64,000 nt of DNA from Candidatus Omnitrophota bacterium. Lineage in GTDB: Bacteria; Omnitrophota; Gorgyraeia; Gygaellales; Profunditerraquicolaceae. Below are positions 1-8,326 of this stretch, piece after piece. The stretch is from assembly GCA_028716965.1 (NCBI GenBank), contig JAQUOV010000009.1, positions 22,043 to 86,042 of the forward strand, in the 5' to 3' direction. The notes under the pieces are model-generated. The model was not told the DNA's origin. It did not search any database and saw only the letters and a list, made by a program, of their open reading frames with translations. Both the position numbers and the translations under genes were made by a program. How positions within the stretch are numbered: position 1 is the stretch's first letter; the number at the start of each line of letters is the position of its first letter.

Positions 1-1447
1 CGCTCTGGCATATAACCTTGCCGCTATTATCAAATAATATCGCCCTGCCGGTAGACCCGATCTCGAATTTAGAGATTACTTCGGAGAACTTTAAAGTATT
101 GTAAATTGCCTTGCATACGCCGATTAACTCCAAATCCTTGTTATACACCGGAACCGATATGGTAATTGACCAATTCCTGCTTGATTGATCAAACTCCATA
201 TCCCCGATAAAAACATTTCCTTTGCCGGCGTTAAATGTTTTCTGCCACCACCCTTCATCCGCCTGGTAAAAATCACTTGTTTTTTCCGAAGCCACCACCA
301 GGCCGCCGTATCTATCGGTAAAGAATATCTCTACGATATTACCCGTATCAACGATTTTTTTAAGGCGCAGGCTAAGCTGCGTATTGATATATTTATTCAT
401 TTCCGGGCTGCCGGCAGGCAACTGCAGCCACTCCCTATCCTTCTTTGCAAAATATTCCGGCCTATCCTTAACGGGAATCGTAGAATATTTAAGGTTGGCG
501 TCCGCAATAACCGCCCCCCAGATACTTGGGCTTTCCACATAGCTTTCCAGCTTCTTAACCTCGGATTCAATCATCTCGCTGACGGAATCAGACATTAATT
601 GCACCATTGCCTGCTGATTGTTAAAAGTAATTTTCCGCAGCGTAAATACCCCCGATAAATACAGCATCAGCAAGCTGGATGCGAAAATGACCAAACCGAA
701 TAATACCGTAAAGAACAGTACTTTACGCCTGATGCCTCCGACCAGCCGCGCCTTTGCTTTCTCTTTGTAAAAAATACCGGTCATCCCAAAAGCCCCCATG
801 ACCAAAACAACAGCACAGAACATCCTGATAATCTGCACGGGATAGCCGAATATTCTGGTGAAATTAAGATAGTTTATCAGCGACGCCGGGAAAAAATCTG
901 CCTTAGGAACAACCAGTCCTGAAACAACAGCATATATTCCGCTGGCAAGTATAAAAACTGCCGCGCTTAATGAAACCACCTTTGGTAATTCTTTCCTGTA
1001 TAAAAGCATGCGGCTGGACATATCAATTACGATAAGTGTTAAACCCGGGAAGCAAATAAAATAACGCGCCATTATCCCTGCAGTCACTATTCCTTTACCC
1101 GTAGCGTAAGCCAAAGCCCACGGCAACAAACAAATAAAAGGCAAATATCTTAGCCACCTGTATTGCGGATGCCGCTGCGATATATTAAGTATCCCGAATA
1201 TAACTATAAAAGTAAAAGAAACGGGCAACAGGAATGCCCCTATTATGGTAAGCATTTTTGTATCAACCGGCCATTTGGAGAGAATAAACATATCGACCCA
1301 CTCGTTGATGCCATGCAGAACCCCGAATATGGCAAGCGCCCAAAAGTTCTTTAAAATACCGAAGAAATCCTCATTCTTGGGGATAGCGAATAAAATTACC
1401 CCCATAAAGATAAACGCAAAGCCATAAAAGAATAATACCGTTACCAT
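1..1447 (-). CDS. Partial (5' portion in window; C-terminus beyond window start) membrane sensor: N-terminal 7-TM receptor-type domain followed by periplasmic Cache-like domain
   Basis: Manual translation of the minus strand from the ATG at 1445-1447 (MVTVLFFYGFAFIFMGVILFAIPKNEDFFGILKNFWALAIFGVLHGINEW...) stays open to position 1. It has about 7 hydrophobic helices, then a soluble domain (...FFTDRYGGLVVASEKTSDFYQADEGWW...) resembling Cache-type sensor domains. It is not in the ORF track because it is truncated by the window edge. Confidence 0.55.
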   Translation of the reverse strand, partial: MVTVLFFYGFAFIFMGVILFAIPKNEDFFGILKNFWALAIFGVLHGINEWVDMFILSKWPVDTKMLTIIGAFLLPVSFTFIVIFGILNISQRHPQYRWLRYLPFICLLPWALAYATGKGIVTAGIMARYFICFPGLTLIVIDMSSRMLLYRKELPKVVSLSAAVFILASGIYAVVSGLVVPKADFFPASLINYLNFTRIFGYPVQIIRMFCAVVLVMGAFGMTGIFYKEKAKARLVGGIRRKVLFFTVLFGLVIFASSLLMLYLSGVFTLRKITFNNQQAMVQLMSDSVSEMIESEVKKLESYVESPSIWGAVIADANLKYSTIPVKDRPEYFAKKDREWLQLPAGSPEMNKYINTQLSLRLKKIVDTGNIVEIFFTDRYGGLVVASEKTSDFYQADEGWWQKTFNAGKGNVFIGDMEFDQSSRNWSITISVPVYNKDLELIGVCKAIYNTLKFSEVISKFEIGSTGRAILFDNSGKVICQS

Positions 1448-1472
1448 ACCTATCCCCTAACTATGCGATTAG

Positions 1473-3713
1473 TTAACCTTGCCCGACTTTCTTCTCCAGC
1501 TCTTTTATCTGCTTTTTAAGCTCTAATATGCGTTCTTCCCTGCCGATAGAAGCTTTGTAAAAAACCTCCAGCTCATGAAGGTCTTTCTTTAATTTTTGCT
1601 CTGCCTGCTTAAGCTCGGTGATATCGCGGAATGTCCAGATACGCCCAAAGTATTTACCATTTTTATCGATAACTGGCGAAGAATACCTGTCAAAAATCAT
1701 CCCGTTCTTAAATTCTATCTCATCGCGGCTCTTCTCATCTTTATGCTCATAAAGATAGTTTACCTTATCCAGGAACTGCTGCGGGTTCTTTATTTCGTTT
1801 ACCACATACTGCAGAAGTGTTTCATCTTTCTTGTCTTCGGCAATATCTTCCGGCACTCTCCATAGTTCAAGCAGCCGTTTATTAATCAAAATCTTCTGTC
1901 CTTTTTCATCAACGACAAGTAACCCGTCAAGAGAGGCTTCTTTTTGGGCTTCCAGTAACTCCGTTTTCCGTTCCAGGTCATCTTGTATTTTCCTGCTCTC
2001 GGTAATATCGCGGATAATTGCCTGGTAGAATCTTTTCTCACCGATCTTAAAGGCACGCAGGCTGACTTCAACCGGAAATTTTGTTCCGTCCTTACGTTGA
2101 TGCAAGGTATCATATACGGCTTTGCCTGTTGCCTGTACGAGATTAACCTGTTGGGTAAACCTATCTTTTGCCTCCGGCGCGCGTAATTTAGAGGCATGCA
2201 TACCGATTAATTCATTATAGCTATATCCATAAACATCCTGGGCGCGCTCATTGACCTCCAGAAGGATAAAATTCTCATCAAGAAGCATAATGAAGTCATT
2301 GGCATATTTGGTCAAATAACCCAAACGCTCCGCGTATTCCGATATTTTTTTCTTCGCCTGCTGGCGCTCTGTAACATCAAGCCCATAAAGGTTGGCGTAA
2401 CCGGAATCAACAATCGGCGTAACGTAGAAAGAATACATTTGTTCCCCGTGTTCAATATCGCATTGCTGCTCTAAACCGCCCTCTAATGCCTTAGAAACTA
2501 AATCCCGCAATACGGATGGGGCTAACTGCCCGATTTGCAGGTTCCAGTTTGTCAAACGCCTTAATCCGGATTGGTTAATATAAAGAAGCGTGCCGTCCCT
2601 GTTAATACGTAATACCGGATTAGGATCTTCGGCAGGAAACCTCGCCTGGCTTACAATTTCATCCTGATACTGCTTACGCTTGCTAATATTAGAATAAATG
2701 GATACTACGAGACCGGAAGGCAGCTTTAATACATAGTTTTCAGTCCAATGCTCTATACGGCTGTCCTTATAGAGAACACCCGGAAGGTATTCTGATTCGC
2801 CTGTACGCCAGACCCGGCGCAAGACATCCAAGAGGCCGATCTCTGACACCGCCGGGAATGCTTCCGTCACCCTTCTGCCGACAATATCTTCCCGTTTGAC
2901 CTGAGATATCTTTTCCCCCATCTTATTAAGGTTGACAAATACAAAATTTTCCCCTTCGTCAACCGCCTTAAAGATAGCCACTCCGTCTGCTATATTTTCA
3001 AATAAATGCTGGAAGCTTTCTTCGCTATGCTGCAAAGCTATTTTAGATACAGCAAGCCGTATTCTTTCCTGCTCACCTCTGCGTTGAAAGAGTAAAGATG
3101 TTCCCAAAAAGATAAAAATTAACAGGGTAACAAATACCGGCGGGAGAGATTTATAAATAACTGATGCCATCCAGTTACGTGCGTCAATATCCATGCCAAG
3201 CACAGCCAGAAGCCTGCCGTTTTCCGGATTAACAACCGGGACTAATGCGCTTATCCATTTACCCCAGCGGTCGGATACCGGACCTTCAACGGCCTCTACC
3301 TCCTTCGCAAAAACATTCAGCAGTAAGGGAGAAATCTCGGTATATATCTGGCCAGGAGGAGAATAATCCTTGGAATCCTGCGGTTCGGAGTCAACAAAAA
3401 AGAAAACTTCCCCGCTGGGCCGCTGCCCCATCAGATAAGTAAAACGGCATTGCGGGTTGGCAGAACGCGCTAAAGCTAATTGTTCTTTGAGGCGCTGGTA
3501 ATCCGGGGAATCTATATCAGCCTCGGAACCGCTTAAGTTCAAGATATGCCTTATGTTAACAGCCCTCTCCAGCATCCGCGCCTGGACAAGTAATTCTCTG
3601 CGCATACGCCTGTCTTCCAAACGGATGACCACGCCGGTAAACGCTATACTCACAGCCAGGATAATCAAAATCACGATAAATATTATTGTCTTGCTATAAA
3701 TCTTATTTTTCAT
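1473..3713 (-). CDS. Membrane-anchored multi-PAS sensor protein (TM, periplasmic domain, TM, 3-4 PAS domains, C-terminal coiled coil) with no recognisable output domain
   Basis: 746 aa. N-terminal TM helix, a periplasmic domain of about 170 aa, a second TM helix (LPPVFVTLLIFIFLGTSLLF). Repeated PAS-like blocks (…DGVAIFKAVD…, …DFIMLLDENFILLEVNERAQDVYGYSYNELIG…, …DGLLVVDEKGQKILINKRLLELW…, …FGRIWTFRDITELKQAEQ). It ends in a heptad-rich coiled coil and has no HisKA/HATPase, GGDEF, EAL or HD-GYP motif. Confidence 0.75.
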   Translation of the reverse strand: MKNKIYSKTIIFIVILIILAVSIAFTGVVIRLEDRRMRRELLVQARMLERAVNIRHILNLSGSEADIDSPDYQRLKEQLALARSANPQCRFTYLMGQRPSGEVFFFVDSEPQDSKDYSPPGQIYTEISPLLLNVFAKEVEAVEGPVSDRWGKWISALVPVVNPENGRLLAVLGMDIDARNWMASVIYKSLPPVFVTLLIFIFLGTSLLFQRRGEQERIRLAVSKIALQHSEESFQHLFENIADGVAIFKAVDEGENFVFVNLNKMGEKISQVKREDIVGRRVTEAFPAVSEIGLLDVLRRVWRTGESEYLPGVLYKDSRIEHWTENYVLKLPSGLVVSIYSNISKRKQYQDEIVSQARFPAEDPNPVLRINRDGTLLYINQSGLRRLTNWNLQIGQLAPSVLRDLVSKALEGGLEQQCDIEHGEQMYSFYVTPIVDSGYANLYGLDVTERQQAKKKISEYAERLGYLTKYANDFIMLLDENFILLEVNERAQDVYGYSYNELIGMHASKLRAPEAKDRFTQQVNLVQATGKAVYDTLHQRKDGTKFPVEVSLRAFKIGEKRFYQAIIRDITESRKIQDDLERKTELLEAQKEASLDGLLVVDEKGQKILINKRLLELWRVPEDIAEDKKDETLLQYVVNEIKNPQQFLDKVNYLYEHKDEKSRDEIEFKNGMIFDRYSSPVIDKNGKYFGRIWTFRDITELKQAEQKLKKDLHELEVFYKASIGREERILELKKQIKELEKKVGQG

Positions 3714-3721
3714 AATAAACC

Positions 3722-3771
3722 CTAAAAAAACTCAAGCCCGCTTGCGCTTCAGGCGCAAAAAGCTTGAGTTA
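3722..3771 (-). terminator. Intrinsic terminator-like hairpin plus U7 tract ending 10 nt upstream of the PAS sensor gene start (attenuator-like)
   Basis: Minus-strand RNA reads AACUCAAGC-UUUUUGCGCCUGAAGCGCAAGCGG-GCUUGAGUU followed by UUUUUUU. The outer stem is 9 bp with a nested 6-bp stem. It lies between the 4018 gene and the ATG at 3713. Confidence 0.6.
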
Positions 3772-4017
3772 AAGATTACATTATGCAAGGGCGTTACTCT
3801 TATCCAAATGAGCCATCTTCACCCCGTATTGAGTAACTATTATTAATTATTAATATATCATATAGGCTGCGCTTATCAAGACGTTTTATATATCTGCGCA
3901 GGCTCCTTGGAGTTATGAAATAATTATTTTACAAACGGAATGCTGGGGGCCCCAACTCCATGGTTAAAATACCCGCAGCTTCAGAAACCTGCAGAAAATC
4001 TCCTGGTAAGATTGCTT

Positions 4018-4440
4018 TCATTCTATTTCTCCCAACAAGCCGGAGATTTCGCTTTGTATGTAATCAGAGAGTTCTGCTTTATTTTCGGCGTATTCAATAA
4101 TCTTATCAAGATCTTTCCATTTTACCTCTTTGCCGCTTTTGACTAACGACAGGATAAGAGTCTTGGCGCAAACCTTATAATAACCCGCATAATACCCCTC
4201 CCCGTTATTCCCCAAGATTACAACCTGAAACTCCAATTTTCCCGAAGCCAGGGCACCCTTAAATTCAGTTTCTATCGCTTCCTTGCAGTTTCTCTCCAGA
4301 TCACGGCAACTCGGACTGCGGGATGTACCGCGAAAATAATACACTATAACTTTACCGCTTGGTTGATTATCTGCACAAAGAGGGGAAATAAAATCAAGGC
4401 TAACCCAAACAATAAAAAAAATCAAGAATATTCTTTTCAT
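4018..4440 (-). CDS. Secreted hypothetical protein (signal peptide, three Cys)
   Basis: N-terminal MKRIFLIFFIVWVSLDFISPLCA signal-peptide-like segment. It sits 5 nt downstream of the ArsP-like permease and is probably co-transcribed with it. Confidence 0.5.
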   Translation of the reverse strand: MKRIFLIFFIVWVSLDFISPLCADNQPSGKVIVYYFRGTSRSPSCRDLERNCKEAIETEFKGALASGKLEFQVVILGNNGEGYYAGYYKVCAKTLILSLVKSGKEVKWKDLDKIIEYAENKAELSDYIQSEISGLLGEIE

Positions 4441-4445
4441 TCTTT

Positions 4446-5405
4446 CTAAAGCAGGATCTTTTGCAAGAAATTAAACAAATAACCCGTAAAGATAATCGCT
4501 ACCGTAGTCACCATAAAGAATATAGCGATTAATTTTAGCTGCATCGCCCTTCTCAGCATAACTGCCTCAGGAAGGCTTAATGCTGCGACTGCCATCATAA
4601 AAGCTAACGCCGTACCAAGCGGGAATCCTTTCTGGAATAAAGCTACGGCTATAGGTACGATTGCGGCGCAGCTTCCGTACATTGGCACCCCGATAATTGT
4701 AGCAAGCGGCACACTAAAAAAACCTGTCTTGCTTATGAGGTTTCTAACAAGCTCCTGTGGTACAAAATTATGTATTAATGCGCCCAGGCCTACTCCTATT
4801 AAAACCCAAAACCAAAGTTTTTTAATAATCGTGCTTGCCTCTTTCACTCCAAACAATATACGACCCTTAAAACCTTTTGAGTCCTTTTCAAAGCAATCCT
4901 GGTTATTCTGGCTGATTAAATCTTTTACAAGATACCTTTCCAGCTTCATTTTTCCTAAAATAATTCCGGAAACAACTCCTATTATTATGCCGCTTAAAAC
5001 GTAAAAAAATGTGATTTTAAAACCAAAAAAACCGAGCATCAGCACAACAAGATACTCATTAATCAAAGGCGAGCTGATCAGAAACGAAAAGGTCACCCCC
5101 AAAGGTACCCCTGCTTCCAGAAAGCTTATAAATATGGGTATTGAGGAACAGGAACAAAACGGGGTTATTGCGCCGAATATTGAAGCCAGAAAATGCGGAA
5201 ATATTTTCTTTCCGGCAAGCCACTGCTTTATTTTATCTGCCGGTAAATATGACCTAAGAAACCCGATAGCAGAGATTAAAATAAATAAAAGCAATAAAAT
5301 CTTTACAGAATCATAAATAAAGAAGTTTACTGCCTGAGCCAATTTGGCCTGCGGGCTTAATTTAAATAAAGAATAGGTCAGCCAATCTACAATTAACTGC
5401 AGCAT
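4446..5405 (-). CDS. ArsP/DUF318 (COG0701) family permease
   Basis: 319 aa polytopic membrane protein with the characteristic TPFCSCSSIP cysteine motif of the PF03773 ArsP-type permeases. Confidence 0.8.
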   Translation of the reverse strand: MLQLIVDWLTYSLFKLSPQAKLAQAVNFFIYDSVKILLLLFILISAIGFLRSYLPADKIKQWLAGKKIFPHFLASIFGAITPFCSCSSIPIFISFLEAGVPLGVTFSFLISSPLINEYLVVLMLGFFGFKITFFYVLSGIIIGVVSGIILGKMKLERYLVKDLISQNNQDCFEKDSKGFKGRILFGVKEASTIIKKLWFWVLIGVGLGALIHNFVPQELVRNLISKTGFFSVPLATIIGVPMYGSCAAIVPIAVALFQKGFPLGTALAFMMAVAALSLPEAVMLRRAMQLKLIAIFFMVTTVAIIFTGYLFNFLQKILL

Positions 5406-5492
5406 GATTTCTTGCCTGCCTTCTTCTCATTACAACAACAAGATTTTGTTTTTGCTTTTTCTTGCATTTTCTTATCCAGCCTATCGATCATC
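5395..5492 (-). CDS. Possible 32-aa cysteine-rich small ORF (MIDRLDKKMQEKAKTKSCCCNEKKAGKKSCCS) overlapping the permease start
   Basis: ATG at about 5490-5492, between DUF134 #1 and the permease. Its stop overlaps the permease ATG in a different frame. It has six Cys in 32 aa. It is below the 60-aa cutoff of the ORF track, and the exact frame depends on a 1-nt ambiguity in my reading near 5400. Confidence 0.3.
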
Positions 5493-5529
5493 CTGGCAAA
5501 TAACCCCTTTTTTCTTCCCTCTTGATTAG

Positions 5530-5841
5530 TCAAGCCTTCCATCCAGACCTCCTTTTAATCTTGCAACAACCTCCTTCAATTTTAATCGCTTTTATGTTTA
5601 CCAGGCCATCCGCTACTTTCCTTCTTGCCAATGCTACGATACGCGAAAATGTCGGACGGGATATGCGCATAAGCCTGGCGGCATCTGCCTGCTTTAATCT
5701 CTCAAGATCAGCTAAACGCATAGCTTCAAACTCATCAAGGCTAAGATAAACATTCTGAAGCCTGCTAAGCGGTTTACAGCGCGGCTTAAAGCACCTCTCC
5801 GCCGGAACGCATTTCACCCACCTGGTCTTTTTAGGCCGCAA
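5530..5841 (-). CDS. DUF134 / UPF0251-family predicted DNA-binding protein (paralog 1)
   Basis: 103 aa, MRPKKTRWVKCVPAERCFKPRCKPL…LSLDEFEAMRLADLERLKQADAARLMRISRPTFSRIVALARRKVADGLVNIKAIKIEGG. This matches the DUF134 architecture: an N-terminal Cys-containing arm plus a sigma-70 region-4-like HTH. It uses a TTG start with an AAGGAG RBS. Confidence 0.8.
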   Translation of the reverse strand: MRPKKTRWVKCVPAERCFKPRCKPLSRLQNVYLSLDEFEAMRLADLERLKQADAARLMRISRPTFSRIVALARRKVADGLVNIKAIKIEGGCCKIKRRSGWKA

Positions 5842-5856
5842 ACCCTGCTCCTTTAG

Positions 5857-5906
5857 TTATGAACATATGTTCATAACAATTCTAACACAACCTTCTCCGT
5901 TGTCAA
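5857..5906 (-). promoter_or_regulatory. Sigma70-like promoter (TTGACA-16-TAGAAT) with a perfect 20-bp palindrome TTATGAACATATGTTCATAA immediately downstream of the -10 and upstream of the DUF134 #1 RBS
   Basis: Read on the minus strand: TTGACA (5901-5906), 16-nt spacer, TAGAAT (5879-5884), then the palindrome at 5857-5876, then AAGGAG-N9-TTG start. Confidence 0.5.
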
Positions 5907-5996
5907 TAAAAATTTCCCGGCCTGATAAAGGATGGGTTTTGCTGCAGGGAATTTAATACTGCGGCTTATCCGCTGCATAGAACTTAATACAAAGTT

Positions 5997-6758
5997 TCAA
6001 TCTTTACCGAAAAGCAGGTTAAATGGCAATACAGCAATCCCCCAGGCGCCTTTTGCCCCGGTCTTGGCCGTACCCCAGGCCGAATTGAATGTATCCCCTA
6101 TTTGAGAAACCACCGGTATAATCTTCAGGTTGATTAACTTGCCTATATCTGTATTCTCTATTGCCTTAGAAACAACCAGCCTGACTACCTCTTGTTCGTC
6201 TAAAAGGTTAACAAACGCCGCATTTTTTATGCCGATCGGATAGATATGTTCTTTTTTATTCAACCCGCTATAATCAACAAACCTGACCTGGCCAACGCTT
6301 AATACCAACACATCAAAATAATAAGGCGTCTTGTCCTGTATAGCGGCATTTTTATCCCTTAAGGGGTTGATCTCTTCTATATTTACCTTGCCTTCCTTGT
6401 TTTTTATTATATTCAACCGTTTAAGATTTAAACCCAAAATATAAATATTCGGTTTCTTACGGGTAACCATTTCTACAGGGTCAAATACAAAATGGATCGC
6501 TTCAATATAGGCAAGCTCTCTTTCTTCAAAATCACCGGGGTTATAAACAGTTACACCGCTTACTCCCACATGCGCCAGCAAAGGAGAAAATTCTATTTCT
6601 TCTATCGAAACATTAATACCCAGGCCCTGCTCTATTTGCCCCTCTACAATCTCCTTGATCTTTAAATGTTTTGTAATAATAAAACTGGCGATTAAGAAAA
6701 TAACCAAAAGAAGAAAGATTATGCCGAACGCATAAACTAACCTTTTTACAACCTTCAT
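5997..6758 (-). CDS. Hypothetical membrane-anchored protein (single N-terminal TM)
   Basis: 253 aa with an N-terminal hydrophobic helix (LVYAFGIIFLLLVIFLIASFII). No family recognised. It lies downstream of the ABC-2 efflux genes. Confidence 0.45.
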   Translation of the reverse strand: MKVVKRLVYAFGIIFLLLVIFLIASFIITKHLKIKEIVEGQIEQGLGINVSIEEIEFSPLLAHVGVSGVTVYNPGDFEERELAYIEAIHFVFDPVEMVTRKKPNIYILGLNLKRLNIIKNKEGKVNIEEINPLRDKNAAIQDKTPYYFDVLVLSVGQVRFVDYSGLNKKEHIYPIGIKNAAFVNLLDEQEVVRLVVSKAIENTDIGKLINLKIIPVVSQIGDTFNSAWGTAKTGAKGAWGIAVLPFNLLFGKD

Positions 6759-6809
6759 CTCTTACGCATCCAATCCTTCCGCCCTATAGCTTACCTCAAT
6801 ATGCGGGCA

Positions 6810-7145
6810 TCAAAAACTTGAGGCAATGTTATTATCCACGATGGAAACTGCCTTAAGGGTGCCGTCGGGAGCCTTATAATATTGCACATTCACCGTGTCA
6901 TTGGATTCCAGGTCGTCCAGCATTATATCGTCTATGCCGCGCTGTATCTTTGCGCCTTCCTCGACGTTAAACCTGGCTTCTTCAATGCCGTCGGATATTA
7001 CTAAAAGCGACCCGATAGAATCAACCTGGGTGACCACCCCTTCCCGGGAAAACATTTCATGGGTACTTTCTCCCTGCTCACAAAAGCTCAAGCCCGGGGC
7101 GATTAAAGAAACCGATAAAGCAGAAATACACAGCAATATTTTCAT
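6810..7145 (-). CDS. Small secreted hypothetical protein
   Basis: 111 aa with an N-terminal signal-peptide-like segment (MKILLCISALSVSLIAPGLSFC). Confidence 0.4.
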   Translation of the reverse strand: MKILLCISALSVSLIAPGLSFCEQGESTHEMFSREGVVTQVDSIGSLLVISDGIEEARFNVEEGAKIQRGIDDIMLDDLESNDTVNVQYYKAPDGTLKAVSIVDNNIASSF

Positions 7146-7197
7146 ACCCTCTCCCTCCTTTTAGTATCAACAGGTATATATCATAATGTTCATGGTG

Positions 7198-8325
7198 TTA
7201 AGCTATCTTCTTTCTGAACCTTAACGTACTCATGGTAATTACAAAGATACCAAAGACCAAAAGAATCAGGAAATTAGTCCATAAGATATCCATGCCTACG
7301 CCTTTTAAAAATATCCCCCTGATGATCACCAGATAATAACGCATAGGGTTAATCAAAGTAAAGTACTGGATAATTTGGGGCATATTAGCTATAGGATAAG
7401 CAAATCCCGACAGTAAAAATGTCGGCATATAAAACAAAAATACCGACATCATCGCCTCCTGTTGGGTTGAGGCTATCGTGGAGATAAACAGCCCTATGCC
7501 TAAAGCAGTAAATAAATACACACAGGTAGCAAGCACCAATAAAGCCAGGCTGCCCCTGAACGGGATATGGAACCATAAGATACCCAGCGTAGTGATCAAG
7601 GCGCATTGAATGAGCGCGATCACGCCGAACGGCAGGAGCTTGCCGAAGATAAGCTCAAGCGGACGCAGAGGGCTGACGATAAGCTGCTCCATGGTACCGA
7701 TCTCTTTTTCCCTTACTATTGCCATAGCCGTCAATAAAAGAGACATGATCGTTACTATTGAAGCAATTACTCCCGGTAAATAATAATTCCGCGAGATGAG
7801 GTTTTCATTAAACCAGGCGCGGTCCCTTAAATCCACGCTTGGGGCATCGGATTGTATGCCCAAAGAATCAGCATCTCCCCTGATCAACTCATCCTGGTAT
7901 TTATTCATAATCGTGTTTGCGTACCCGGAGATGATCATGGCGGTATTGGAATCCGAGCCGTCAAGGGCAAGCTGCACGCTTGCATCTTTTCCGGCTTTAA
8001 TATCGCGCCCAAACCCGCGGTCAATGCGCAAGACAGCGCTTACTATCCCTTTATCCAACATATGGTCTTCTTCAGTTCCAGTGGAAATATAATACTTCGG
8101 GATAAAATATTTAGAGTAGGTAAATCTATGTAGAAGCTGTCGGCTTTCTTTGGTGTTATCCTGGTCGTAGATCGCCGTAGGTATAAAATCAATATCTTTA
8201 TTGGCAGCATACCCAAAAATGACTATCTGTATAAGAGGCGAAATCAAAATTACTGTTTTCATCCGCGGGTCACGCAGGACCTGCTTAAACTCTTTAATCA
8301 GGATAGCCTTGATCCTCTCAAGCAT
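7198..8325 (-). CDS. ABC-2 type transporter permease (YbhR/YhhJ-like)
   Basis: 375 aa with 6 C-terminal TM helices and a large N-terminal periplasmic loop, typical of ABC-2 permeases. It follows a paralogous permease. Confidence 0.8.
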   Translation of the reverse strand: MLERIKAILIKEFKQVLRDPRMKTVILISPLIQIVIFGYAANKDIDFIPTAIYDQDNTKESRQLLHRFTYSKYFIPKYYISTGTEEDHMLDKGIVSAVLRIDRGFGRDIKAGKDASVQLALDGSDSNTAMIISGYANTIMNKYQDELIRGDADSLGIQSDAPSVDLRDRAWFNENLISRNYYLPGVIASIVTIMSLLLTAMAIVREKEIGTMEQLIVSPLRPLELIFGKLLPFGVIALIQCALITTLGILWFHIPFRGSLALLVLATCVYLFTALGIGLFISTIASTQQEAMMSVFLFYMPTFLLSGFAYPIANMPQIIQYFTLINPMRYYLVIIRGIFLKGVGMDILWTNFLILLVFGIFVITMSTLRFRKKIA

Positions 8326-8326
8326 T

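Noticed and set aside
185-598. Plus-strand ORFs inside the first 1.4 kb (185-598, 1163-1354, 1245-1427) and about 90 other plus-strand ORFs throughout the track
   Set aside because: All lie antisense within long minus-strand genes that have clear domain content. They lack RBS and context, and are typical shadow ORFs of AT-biased coding sequence.
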